Shown: positions 30,671 through 40,138 of the stretch, in pieces | Layout: each line of letters opens with the position of its first letter | Numbering within the stretch: the stretch's first letter is position 1 | Assembly: GCA_017860455.1 (NCBI GenBank) | Contig: JAGDMF010000013.1 | Location: 556 to 64,555 of the forward strand | Source of the DNA: Bacteroidota bacterium | GTDB lineage: Bacteria > Bacteroidota > Bacteroidia > Bacteroidales > WCHB1-69 | Direction: 5' to 3' | DNA: 64,000 nt | Notes under the pieces: generated by a model | Databases searched by the model: none | Told to the model about the DNA's origin: nothing | What the model saw: the letters and a program-made list of their open reading frames with translations, nothing else | Position numbers and translations under genes: made by a program

Positions 30671-30868
30671 TTGAATTCATTTGAAAAAGTGTGACAACTT
30701 AAGAGGGCAAATATAAAAAAAACTCATGACATAAAAAACAAAGTCGTCAATTTCTTAAAAAAAATTAAAAAAATATTGATTTTACAAGTAAAAATTTTTA
30801 TGGATTTAACTTTTGCTTATATTTGCACTCTATTTTTAAAATGATATTACTAATTTAAATTTATCAAT

Positions 30869-31069
30869 ATGAAAAAATTATTTTTTATTTTATTAGCTGT
30901 TGGGGTAATGAGTGCCTGCAACACCAAAAAAGCTGAACCTCAACCTGAAGTAGCGGCTCCCGTTACATTAGAAGCTGATGTTGAACAAGCATTACAAAAA
31001 AACATTGAATTGAATGAACAAGTTACTACTCTTGACGAAGAGTTAGAAGCTATTATTAACGAACAATAA
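30869..31069 (+). CDS. Small lipoprotein
   Basis: MKK, hydrophobic core, MSAC lipobox and acidic coiled-coil tail. TAnnTTTG box at 30818-30825. Confidence 0.8.
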   Translation: MKKLFFILLAVGVMSACNTKKAEPQPEVAAPVTLEADVEQALQKNIELNEQVTTLDEELEAIINEQ

Positions 31070-31080
31070 TTGATACGAAT

Positions 31081-31863
31081 ATGAAAAAAATAATTTTATT
31101 AGCAAGTGCAGTACTTTTTTCAATTGCAATTAGTGCGCAAACTCCGGCAAATAATGCCCCAAAAGGAAAATCTGAAACTAAAAAAGAGGTAAAACAAGAA
31201 ACTAAAGCTACAACTGAACATAAATGTGCTGAAAATAAAGGGGAACACAAATGTGCTGACAAAGGTAAAGAACAAAAAAGTTGTTGTGATAAAGGAAAAA
31301 CTCAAAAAGAGTGTGCAAATAAAGGAACTGAGCACAAATGTGCTGACAAAGGGAAAGATGGAAAAGGTTGTGCAGACAAAGGAAAAGATGGAAAAGGTTG
31401 TGCAGACAAAGGAAAAGACGGAAAAGGTTGTGCAGATAAAGGAAAAGACGGAAAAGGATGTTGCGATAAAGGTAAAGAATCTAAAGATTGCAAAGGTCAT
31501 GAAGGTAAAGATGGAAATTGTTGCCCTGAAGGTGAAAAAAATGGTAATGCTTATGGACATCATAAAGATGGAAAATGTGGACGTGATTTTGGTCAAGAAA
31601 GAGCAAAAGCTGCTAAAACTAAAGTAGAAAAAGAACAAGTAGTTAAAGAAGTTGCTCAAGAAGTAGATCAAAAAGTAGCCAATACTAAAAACCGTGTTGC
31701 AGAAGCTCGTAAAGCAGTCGATGCACAATACAAAGCTAAAAAAATCACTAAAGTTCAATATGAAGAAAAAATGAAACGTATTGACTTGATTGAAAAAGAT
31801 GTTCAAAGAATTGAAACTGAACGTCAAGCTACAGATAAAGTGATTAAATCAAAAGTATCATAA
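31081..31863 (+). CDS. Secreted Cys/Lys-rich repeat protein
   Basis: Signal peptide, 10-aa CADKGKDGKG repeats (30-bp DNA period), coiled-coil C-terminus, followed by a terminator. Confidence 0.85.
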   Translation: MKKIILLASAVLFSIAISAQTPANNAPKGKSETKKEVKQETKATTEHKCAENKGEHKCADKGKEQKSCCDKGKTQKECANKGTEHKCADKGKDGKGCADKGKDGKGCADKGKDGKGCADKGKDGKGCCDKGKESKDCKGHEGKDGNCCPEGEKNGNAYGHHKDGKCGRDFGQERAKAAKTKVEKEQVVKEVAQEVDQKVANTKNRVAEARKAVDAQYKAKKITKVQYEEKMKRIDLIEKDVQRIETERQATDKVIKSKVS

Positions 31864-31893
31864 TCGATTCTTTAGGATTTTTCCTGCAATAAT

Positions 31894-31934
31894 AAAAAGA
31901 GCTCTAATGAATATCCATTAGGGCTCTTTTTTTT
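31894..31934 (+). terminator. Intrinsic terminator
   Basis: AAAAAGAGCTCTAATG-loop-CATTAGGGCTCTTTTTTTT. Confidence 0.85.
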
Positions 31935-32002
31935 ATACTTTTGCAACTTAAAAGTCTAACCTTGATAAAACATATAAAACACTGATATTCTAAACGATAA
32001 TA

Positions 32003-35000
32003 ATGCAAAATCTCAGACTTGGAATCGATATTGGTTCTACAACCATAAAAGCTGTTGTTTTAGACGCCACTTCAACGATACAATATTCCAGCTACATTAG
32101 GCACAATACGCTGATTAAGATTTCATTACAAGAGATTTTATATGAGATTAACCGGATTTTCGGTGATCAACCATTTCAGATTGCCTTCACAGGATCTGCA
32201 GGAATGGGAATAGCAGAAAGGACACAAACTCTTTTTATTCAAGAGATTATTGCGGCTGCTCAACTTGTAAAAATGGAATACCCTGAAGTCAGGAGTTTGA
32301 TTGATATTGGAGGAGAGGATGCAAAATTAGTATTATTAGAAGATCCCACTCATCCTGATATCCGTATGAATGGGAATTGTGCAGGTGGCACCGGAGCATA
32401 TATCGATCAAATGGCTGCATTGTTAAACATCACAATAGAAGAATTAAATCGACTTGCCTTAGAGAGTGATACTATATATCCTATTGCATCGCGTTGTGGT
32501 GTTTTTGCAAAAACGGACGTTCAGAATTTAACAAGTCGTAAAATTAAACCTTCCAATATTGCCGCTTCGATATTTGAAGCTGTTGCCAATCAAACCATCA
32601 ATGCTTTAGCTAAGGGATCTCAGATTAAAAGTAAAATATTGGTTTGCGGTGGTCCACTTTCCTATATTTCTCAACTCCGAAAAGCATTTGCCAAAGTGCT
32701 TCATCTTGAGGATTCAGATTTGATTGTTCCAGAAAATGGAGCATTATTTACCGTAATAGGCACTGCCATATCGATACCTAAAGAGTGCAAAACAGTTTCT
32801 ATTCATTCCATTCTAAAATCATTAAAAGAGATTGAACCCACTTCGGATCAAAAAAACAATTTACTCCCTCTTTTTAACAATAAGATTGACTTTACCGACT
32901 GGCATTCCCATAAAAATGAGATTTCCATTATAAAAGGAGATTTAGAAACATCCAATAAGCTTTTCATTGGGATCGATTCGGGTTCAACCACGACAAAAAT
33001 TGCTATTCTCAATGAAAAAAAAGAGTTGATTTTTCAATTTTATAAAAACCATAATGGAGATCCGCTCCAAACGGTAACTGAGGGACTTTTACTGTTTCAT
33101 CAACACAATCCTAAAATTCAAATACCCGTTTCTTCTACTTGTGTAACCGGATATGGTGAAGAGTTGATTCAAAAGGGATTTTCTTTAGATTATAGCATTG
33201 TTGAAACGGTTGCACACACGATTGCAGCTCAGGATATTGACCCTGAAGTTTCTTTTATTTTGGATATCGGGGGCCAAGATATGAAAGCGATTTTCATTCA
33301 GAATGGTACAATTTCAAATATGGAGATCAATGAAGCGTGTTCGTCCGGATGTGGCACATTTATTGAAGGATTTGCACATACTTTGGGCTATTCCATTTCT
33401 GAATTTGCAGAAATTGCCTTAGATTCTCAAAAACCTTATGATTTGGGATCAAGGTGTACGGTGTTTATGAATTCAAAAGTTAAACAAGCTTTACGTGATG
33501 GTGCCACTATTGCTGATTTATCGGCCGGATTGGCATATTCCGTAGTAAAAAACTGCTTAAACAAAGTGTTGAGATTATCCACTTTTGAATCTTTAGGAGA
33601 ACACTTAGTAGTACAAGGTGGAACTTTTAGAAACAAAGCTGTATTTAGAAGTTTAGAACTCCTTACCGGTAAAAAAGTATCTATATCGAATTTCCCTGAA
33701 ATAATGGGAGCTTACGGGGCTGCTTTATATGCCATACAACATGAAAAAACATCACAAATATCTTCTTTTATTGGATGGAATCAACTCCTTAACTCGCTGA
33801 AATTTGATACTGAATATTCTGTTTGTAAAGGGTGTACCAATCACTGTAACATTACCATATATAAATTTCCAAACCAAATACGATGTTTTGCAGGGCATAA
33901 ATGTGAAAAAATATTCTCCAATTCAGGACAAATTGTTGAAAAAGGAGTGTCTATTTTTGAGATCAAAAAAGAGAGGTTTCAAAAAAGAGAGGTTTCAAAT
34001 ACAGCATCTCAAAAAATTGGAATCCCCATGATTTTAAACATGTTTGAGAATTATCCATTCTGGAATACCCTTTTTAAAGAATCAGGATTAGAAGTGGTTC
34101 GTTCGGATGATAGTTCACAAGCTCTTTATCAGAAAGGGATTGGTGGAGCGATGTCTGACAATATTTGTTTACCGGCCAAATTATCTCATGGTCATATCAT
34201 CAATTTGATTGAGAAAAAAGTGGATCGGATATTTTTACCTATCGTTGTTTATGAAAAAAAACAATTTAATAAAACTACAAACAGTTTCAATTGTCCTGTA
34301 GTAACCGGTTATCCGGAAGTTTTGGAGAGTGGAATCATAGATTTGGTAGATCTAAACATTGTGATAGATAAAATTCCTGTCAATTTTAAAGACCCGGAAT
34401 TGCTTCGTAAAAGTTGTCAAAAATATTTGAAATCATTAGATGTTTCTGCAAAAACCTTTAAACATGCATTTAAGAAGGCACTGGAGTATCAACAATGGAG
34501 TAAAAATGATATTATTGAACAAAATGAGCGGATTTTAAAAAAGGCAATAGAACTAAATAGACCTATTATTTTAGTTGCGGGGCATCCTTATCATGCAGAT
34601 CCATTTATTCATCAAAATGTTTCTTCTCTTTTAGCTGATTTAGGAGTTTTTGTAATCAATGAAGAGATTGCAGCGCATTCAGAAGAGGGATTTGATCACT
34701 TTTTCACGATCTCTCAATGGGAATACACCAATCGTATTTTACATGCTGTTAAATGGGTAGGTGAACAATCTTATCCTATTGGTATTGTTCAGTTAAATTC
34801 TTTTGGTTGTGGTTTGGATTCGATCATTTTAGGGGAAGTGAAAGAGCTAGTGAATGCAAAAAAAATCCCTTATGCCTGGGTTCGGATAGATGAGATTTCA
34901 AGTCCGGGATCTATCAAACTCCGGTTACGATCTTTAGTGGAGTCTATGAAAATGAGAAATGAATTGATATCTCCTCAAAAAATAACATTTCATAAACCTC

Positions 35001-36232
35001 AACTCCCGGTTTTTGATATGGAAGATCGGAAAAGAACTATATTATTTCCTTGGTTTTCAGATTTTTACTCTCCATTAGCCCCTATTTTAGCCAAACAGAT
35101 TGGCTACAATTTTGAAAATCTTCCTCCTTCAGATCAGGAATCGATCGATCTGGGACTTAAGTTCGCCAATAATGAAGTTTGTTATCCTGCCACTTTAGTA
35201 GTTGGTGATATAATCAAAGGTTTAAAAAGTGGAAGATATCAAAATGAAAATATCGCAATTGGAATAACGCAAACCGGAGGACAATGCAGGGCAACCAACT
35301 ACCTTTCACTTATCAAACGAGGGATCACAAATGCCGGATTTCATGATGTTCCCATCATTGGATTAGGAAGTCCGGATGCTGTTTTTAACTTACAACCCGG
35401 ATTTAAACCCCATTGGTTAAAAATTATTAAAGCAGCATTTATGGCTCTTTTGTATGCAGATTCCATATCACAACTCTACTATGCTACAGCATCGAGAGAA
35501 AAGAGTAATACACAATCAAAAATACTCAAAGACAAATACATCAATCTTGCCAAATCGGCTTTAGAACGAAAAGAACACCATAAATTGCCCGATTTGTTAC
35601 AAGAAGCGGTTTTTGAGTTTAACCAAATTACAATTCACTATGAAGATGTTCAAACTGTTGGTATAGTGGGAGAAATTTATGTCAAGTATAATGCTTATGG
35701 GCAATACAATATGGTGGAATGGTTGATTGAAAACCATGTTGAAGTTGTTATACCACCGTTATTGGATTTTATGATGCAGGCTTTTGTAAATAATAAAGTA
35801 CAAAGAGCATCCTTTATTGCAAAAGCTAATAGGTTAGGATTTACCGAACAGATTGCGGAAAAGTTTGCCAATCGAACCATTAAAAAGTTTGACACCGTTT
35901 TAAAACGATTCAAATATTACAGGCCGAATCCATCAATACATCATGCTGCACGTCTGGCTTCTGAAATTTTAAATCTGAATCATCAATACGGAGAAGGGTG
36001 GTTAATTCCGGCTGAAGCAGCTACCTTTGCAGAACAAAACATCAACAATGTGATCTGTTTACAACCTTTTGGTTGTATTGCGAATCATATTATCGGGAAA
36101 GGGATGGAGAAAAAAATCAAATTAAAATATCCTCAACTCAATCTGCTGTATCTGGATTTTGATTCCGGAATCAGCAAAGTAAATGTAATCAATAGGATTC
36201 ATTTTTTATTACAAAATTGCAGGAAAGAATAG
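32003..36232 (+). CDS. 2-hydroxyacyl-CoA dehydratase activase-related multidomain protein (two BadF/BcrA-type ATPase domains plus DUF2229-like regions)
   Basis: GIDIGSTT and GIDSGSTT, DIGGED and DIGGQD, CAGGTG, CSSGCG, RCGVF, RCTVF, C-terminal QPFGCIANH. Confidence 0.9.
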   Translation: MQNLRLGIDIGSTTIKAVVLDATSTIQYSSYIRHNTLIKISLQEILYEINRIFGDQPFQIAFTGSAGMGIAERTQTLFIQEIIAAAQLVKMEYPEVRSLIDIGGEDAKLVLLEDPTHPDIRMNGNCAGGTGAYIDQMAALLNITIEELNRLALESDTIYPIASRCGVFAKTDVQNLTSRKIKPSNIAASIFEAVANQTINALAKGSQIKSKILVCGGPLSYISQLRKAFAKVLHLEDSDLIVPENGALFTVIGTAISIPKECKTVSIHSILKSLKEIEPTSDQKNNLLPLFNNKIDFTDWHSHKNEISIIKGDLETSNKLFIGIDSGSTTTKIAILNEKKELIFQFYKNHNGDPLQTVTEGLLLFHQHNPKIQIPVSSTCVTGYGEELIQKGFSLDYSIVETVAHTIAAQDIDPEVSFILDIGGQDMKAIFIQNGTISNMEINEACSSGCGTFIEGFAHTLGYSISEFAEIALDSQKPYDLGSRCTVFMNSKVKQALRDGATIADLSAGLAYSVVKNCLNKVLRLSTFESLGEHLVVQGGTFRNKAVFRSLELLTGKKVSISNFPEIMGAYGAALYAIQHEKTSQISSFIGWNQLLNSLKFDTEYSVCKGCTNHCNITIYKFPNQIRCFAGHKCEKIFSNSGQIVEKGVSIFEIKKERFQKREVSNTASQKIGIPMILNMFENYPFWNTLFKESGLEVVRSDDSSQALYQKGIGGAMSDNICLPAKLSHGHIINLIEKKVDRIFLPIVVYEKKQFNKTTNSFNCPVVTGYPEVLESGIIDLVDLNIVIDKIPVNFKDPELLRKSCQKYLKSLDVSAKTFKHAFKKALEYQQWSKNDIIEQNERILKKAIELNRPIILVAGHPYHADPFIHQNVSSLLADLGVFVINEEIAAHSEEGFDHFFTISQWEYTNRILHAVKWVGEQSYPIGIVQLNSFGCGLDSIILGEVKELVNAKKIPYAWVRIDEISSPGSIKLRLRSLVESMKMRNELISPQKITFHKPQLPVFDMEDRKRTILFPWFSDFYSPLAPILAKQIGYNFENLPPSDQESIDLGLKFANNEVCYPATLVVGDIIKGLKSGRYQNENIAIGITQTGGQCRATNYLSLIKRGITNAGFHDVPIIGLGSPDAVFNLQPGFKPHWLKIIKAAFMALLYADSISQLYYATASREKSNTQSKILKDKYINLAKSALERKEHHKLPDLLQEAVFEFNQITIHYEDVQTVGIVGEIYVKYNAYGQYNMVEWLIENHVEVVIPPLLDFMMQAFVNNKVQRASFIAKANRLGFTEQIAEKFANRTIKKFDTVLKRFKYYRPNPSIHHAARLASEILNLNHQYGEGWLIPAEAATFAEQNINNVICLQPFGCIANHIIGKGMEKKIKLKYPQLNLLYLDFDSGISKVNVINRIHFLLQNCRKE

Positions 36233-36240
36233 ATTCCAAA

Positions 36241-38199
36241 CTATTTAGTTATCGGTTCAATAATGGCGCACCATCCTCCCCCTTTGGCAAGATGAATGGG
36301 AATCGGATTATTGGAATCCCAGGCTATCGTTTCCATCAAATAATCATTTCCATTATGATTGGCATTTAAGCCATCCTTCCAGATCGTTATTTTATATTTT
36401 CCAGGAGCAAGAAAGTGTAAATTCAAAATTAAATCTCTTTCAGACCAATCTGCCATAGCCCCAACAAACCATTTTCCATCTTTTGCTTTTTTGGCCATCA
36501 GAATATATTTTCCAACACGCGCTTCAAGTGGAATAGTTTGAGTCCATATTGTGGGTACCTCTTTCAAAAATAATAAACATTCCGGTTCTTTATAATAGTG
36601 TGTAGGAGAATCGGCCAACATTTGCAATGGACTTTCATAAATTACATACATCGCTAATTGATGACAGCGTGTTCCCAAACTCATGGGTGTTCTAAAGTGG
36701 GGTTGCCAATCGTTAGCCTGCGCATTGATCATGGCTCCAGGAGTATAATCCATTGGTCCTGCCACCATACGAGTAAATGGGATTTTCAAATTTTGTTCGG
36801 GACCATTCCTTTTTTTGGGATCCCATTTCGATTGTTCCAATCCATAAACACCTTCATAGGACAAAACATTCGGATAAGTTCTGATTAGCCCTGTTGGTTT
36901 AAAAGCCCCATGAAAATCTACAATCATGTGTCTTTTCGCTGTTTCCTGGGCTGCTTTTACATAAAACTGGACCATTGGTTGATCATCCCGTTGCATAAAA
37001 TCAATTTTCACCCCTTTGATTCCCCACTTTTCAAATTGATCTAAAACTTCAGTCATGTGATCTCTAAATGGGATCCAGGAAGCCCACAAGATCACTCCTA
37101 CCCCTTTTTGAGCAGCATATTGGGTCAGTTCCTGCATATTAATTTCTGGAACAACATGGAGCAAATTAGTAGTTTCACTCCAACCTTCATCTAAAATGAT
37201 ATAATCTAAATTGTTTTGGGCGGCAAAGTCGATATAATACTTATAGGTTTCTGTATTAATACCTGCTTCAAAAGGAACCTGATAAATATTGTTTGCATTC
37301 CACCAATCCCATGCAACTTTGCCGGGTTTCACCCAGTTAAAATCTCCAATTGGTTCATCCGCCAATTGAAAGACCAACTGATTATCCAACAGTTTTTTAT
37401 CCTCTCTTTCAATCACAATCACTCTCCATGGAAAATCCTCTTTTCCCATACATTTCGCTATAAAATTTTCATAATCGATCACTTTTTCATCCCGATCACT
37501 CACGATTTGACAAGATTTTGGATATCGGGGTAAGATTCCGTTAATGATTCCATTTTCAGCTGTTTCCAAATAGAAACCGGGATAGTTGAGTAAGTTTGAT
37601 TCTGTAATCACAACATTTGATCTGTTTTTTACAAACAGAGCCGGCAAAGATCCATTTTTGGAATTTCCAATTCCGGCAAGTGTAGTATCAATGTATATTC
37701 TTTCATGGTGAGAATACAAAACCTGATCTTCCAAAGGGAAAAGGGTTTTGGTATCGGGTGTCAATTTGAATTGGATCAATTCATTTAAAATGGTGTATTC
37801 TCCTTTATGATTCGTCAGCCAGCGCCAGGCCACCCCATTATTAAAAATCCGGAATTCCAGAACGATATCGTTCGTAAATTCGAGAGAAATCTGGTTATAT
37901 TGATTTTGAATGGTGTCCGTTTTAATAGGAAAAACAGGAATTATAGGTTTGTTATGGAACGATTTCTTTCCTTTTGCAATCTTCCATTTTGATGATTTTG
38001 CAGTCAGAGATGTCACAAAACTGATTGAAGATTGATCAATGATCGGATTTCCATCCAATGTAACAGCATAAGTGATCTGATCGGCGATAGAAAGGGTAAC
38101 CAGCATTGTTTTATCGGGAGAAAACAGTTGATATGTTTGTGCATTAGCTTCTATGGAAGCAAAGAAGCACAAAAGAATAAAAATTCCAATTTTTTTCAT
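36241..38199 (-). CDS. Glycoside hydrolase family 97, retaining-type signature
   Basis: WVKPGKVAWDWW, YIDFAA, LDEGW, KIDF, GPMDYTPG. Start moved to 38199 because a TAnnTTTG box lies at 38233-38240. Confidence 0.93.
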   Translation of the reverse strand: MKKIGIFILLCFFASIEANAQTYQLFSPDKTMLVTLSIADQITYAVTLDGNPIIDQSSISFVTSLTAKSSKWKIAKGKKSFHNKPIIPVFPIKTDTIQNQYNQISLEFTNDIVLEFRIFNNGVAWRWLTNHKGEYTILNELIQFKLTPDTKTLFPLEDQVLYSHHERIYIDTTLAGIGNSKNGSLPALFVKNRSNVVITESNLLNYPGFYLETAENGIINGILPRYPKSCQIVSDRDEKVIDYENFIAKCMGKEDFPWRVIVIEREDKKLLDNQLVFQLADEPIGDFNWVKPGKVAWDWWNANNIYQVPFEAGINTETYKYYIDFAAQNNLDYIILDEGWSETTNLLHVVPEINMQELTQYAAQKGVGVILWASWIPFRDHMTEVLDQFEKWGIKGVKIDFMQRDDQPMVQFYVKAAQETAKRHMIVDFHGAFKPTGLIRTYPNVLSYEGVYGLEQSKWDPKKRNGPEQNLKIPFTRMVAGPMDYTPGAMINAQANDWQPHFRTPMSLGTRCHQLAMYVIYESPLQMLADSPTHYYKEPECLLFLKEVPTIWTQTIPLEARVGKYILMAKKAKDGKWFVGAMADWSERDLILNLHFLAPGKYKITIWKDGLNANHNGNDYLMETIAWDSNNPIPIHLAKGGGWCAIIEPITK

Positions 38200-38304
38200 A
38201 TTTGATATTTTAAATAAATGAAAATCAACGTGCAAATATAAACAAAGATTTCATATATCACGCGGATTGTTCAAATTTATGAAGAGTGTTATCTGATCAT
38301 TTTT

Positions 38305-38367
38305 CTGCGTAAATCTGCTTAATCAGCGGGGGATTTTCTTGCCCGCAGATCTCGCTGATTTTCGCAG
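38305..38367. repeat. Inverted pair of degenerate nonamer tracts
   Basis: CTGCGTAAATCTGCTTAATCAGCGGG ... CCCGCAGATCTCGCTGATTTTCGCAG, an imperfect inverted repeat with 9-nt internal period. Confidence 0.7.
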
Positions 38368-38440
38368 AAGCGATTTTATCATTTTGTTTTTTAATTAAAG
38401 AAAAAGATTATATTTGCACTTAAAATAAAATATTTAAACG

Positions 38441-39358
38441 ATGAGCATACCAACTTCAAGAACTAAGGAAAAAGCCACCATTATTTTACATCCGGAACTT
38501 TGCATCGGATGTGGAGCATGTGTGGATGTTTGCAAAGATTTCAATTTCATACTAAAAGATGGAGTAATTACAATGAGTGAAACTCCCATTTTTGGTTGTA
38601 TTGCCTGTGGACATTGTGTAGCGATATGTCCTACAGGTGCAATTGAAATTGAAGGCCGATGCTTTAGCAAAAATGATCTTTTTGATCTTTCAGATATTCA
38701 AGGTATTACAGATTACAATTCATTAATGGGACTGCTTAAAAAGAGAAGAAGTGTTCGTGAATTTACCGATCAGGAGGTTTCTCATGAGTTGATAGAGAAA
38801 ATCTTGGATGCTGCGCAATATTCTCCTATGGGATTACCCCCTTCTGATGTGCATGTGATGGTTTTAGATAGTCGGGAAAAAAACAATCAGTTTGCCCATG
38901 ATTTTTGCATTTATCTGGAATCTATGAGATGGTTCGTATCCAAGTGGTTTTTGGCCATCATGCGTCCATTTTGGGGTAAAACTAATGATGAATTATTTAA
39001 AGGATTTGTAAAACCTTTATTTGACACCTATATCAATAGTAATCAAAAAGGTGAAAATCTTGTTACATACGATGCCCCAGCTTTACTTTATTTTTATGGT
39101 TCTCCTTACACAGATCCGGCAGATCCTATTGTTGCAGCTACAGTAGCCATGTATGCAGCTGAATCTTTAGGATTGGGATCCTGTATGTTAGGAGGTGTTC
39201 ATCCTTTAATTCAAAATGGAAAAGGGGCCAAAAAACTACGTGAAAAATATGGAATTAAATATAAAAGTCGTGAAGGGTTATTTCTTATTGTTGGTCATCC
39301 AAAACCAAAATACAGAAAAGGGATACAGCGTAGTTTTGCGGAGATCAAATACTACTAA
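38441..39358 (+). CDS. Nitroreductase with N-terminal 2[4Fe-4S] ferredoxin domain
   Basis: CIGCGACVDVC, CIACGHCVAICP, RRSVREF, AESLGLGSC. TAnnTTTG box at 38409-38416. Confidence 0.92.
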   Translation: MSIPTSRTKEKATIILHPELCIGCGACVDVCKDFNFILKDGVITMSETPIFGCIACGHCVAICPTGAIEIEGRCFSKNDLFDLSDIQGITDYNSLMGLLKKRRSVREFTDQEVSHELIEKILDAAQYSPMGLPPSDVHVMVLDSREKNNQFAHDFCIYLESMRWFVSKWFLAIMRPFWGKTNDELFKGFVKPLFDTYINSNQKGENLVTYDAPALLYFYGSPYTDPADPIVAATVAMYAAESLGLGSCMLGGVHPLIQNGKGAKKLREKYGIKYKSREGLFLIVGHPKPKYRKGIQRSFAEIKYY

Positions 39359-39474
39359 TCCCCTTTTTGATTCGACTTTCGATGAAATTTATGTAAATTC
39401 AGATGAATAATTTAGTGCAATTTGAATTTTATTAATTTGTTAATCAATTATTTGCAATATTATAAAAAATAAAT

Positions 39475-39487
39475 TTAACACTGTTAA
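39475..39487. promoter_or_regulatory. Candidate TetR operator palindrome
   Basis: TTAACA-C-TGTTAA about 20 bp upstream of the TAnnTTTG box (39508-39515) of the TetR gene. Confidence 0.4.
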
Positions 39488-39538
39488 TTTTTTTAACATT
39501 ATTTTATTATTTTTGCATCGTTAATTTTTTTAAATACT

Positions 39539-40135
39539 ATGAAAAATAAAGAACTCAAAGAACAACGAATCAAAGGGTATTATATCCAGGCAGCCAAAGA
39601 GATTTTGGTTGGAGAAGGGATAAAAAGTTTAAGTGTCAGATCTGTATCTGAACGAGCCGGCTACTCTTACACCACTATTTATAATTATTTTGAAGATCTG
39701 AATGATCTGATATTTTACTGTGTTCAGGATTTTTATCAGGAGTGCTCCGACTTTGTGAACGGAGAAAGTAAAGGTACTGAAAGTGGTTTGACAATCATTG
39801 AGAGTAAGATCATGCAATATATTAAATATTTTGTGAATTATCCCAGTGTTTTTGAACTTTTCTTTATAGAAAGAGTGGTCAATTTTGGTAATAAAATACA
39901 AACAATTGAACTGATTACAGATTCTTTGAAGAATATTCTACAAAAAGACTGGGATCAGTTAGTGGCTCAGAAAGAGATGAGGCAGGCAGATGTGATGAAA
40001 GTTCAACATCGTTTACAATTAACCGTTACCGGATTGCTTCTTTTTTACATTCATCGTCGTACACCGGCTGAATATGGTGAATTTATGAGAACTGCAAAAC
40101 AAGAGATTGATGCTATTATTTTTCCTGAATCATAA
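39539..40135 (+). CDS. TetR/AcrR family transcriptional regulator
   Basis: N-terminal HTH AAKEIL..EG...LSVR.VSERAGYSYTTIYNYF. Confidence 0.92.
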   Translation: MKNKELKEQRIKGYYIQAAKEILVGEGIKSLSVRSVSERAGYSYTTIYNYFEDLNDLIFYCVQDFYQECSDFVNGESKGTESGLTIIESKIMQYIKYFVNYPSVFELFFIERVVNFGNKIQTIELITDSLKNILQKDWDQLVAQKEMRQADVMKVQHRLQLTVTGLLLFYIHRRTPAEYGEFMRTAKQEIDAIIFPES

Positions 40136-40138
40136 GTT

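Noticed and set aside
31120-31827. 235-aa antisense ORF and 133-aa alternate-frame ORF over the Cys-rich gene
   Set aside because: These are shadows of the repetitive Lys-rich coding strand. The plus-strand gene has a signal peptide, promoter and terminator.
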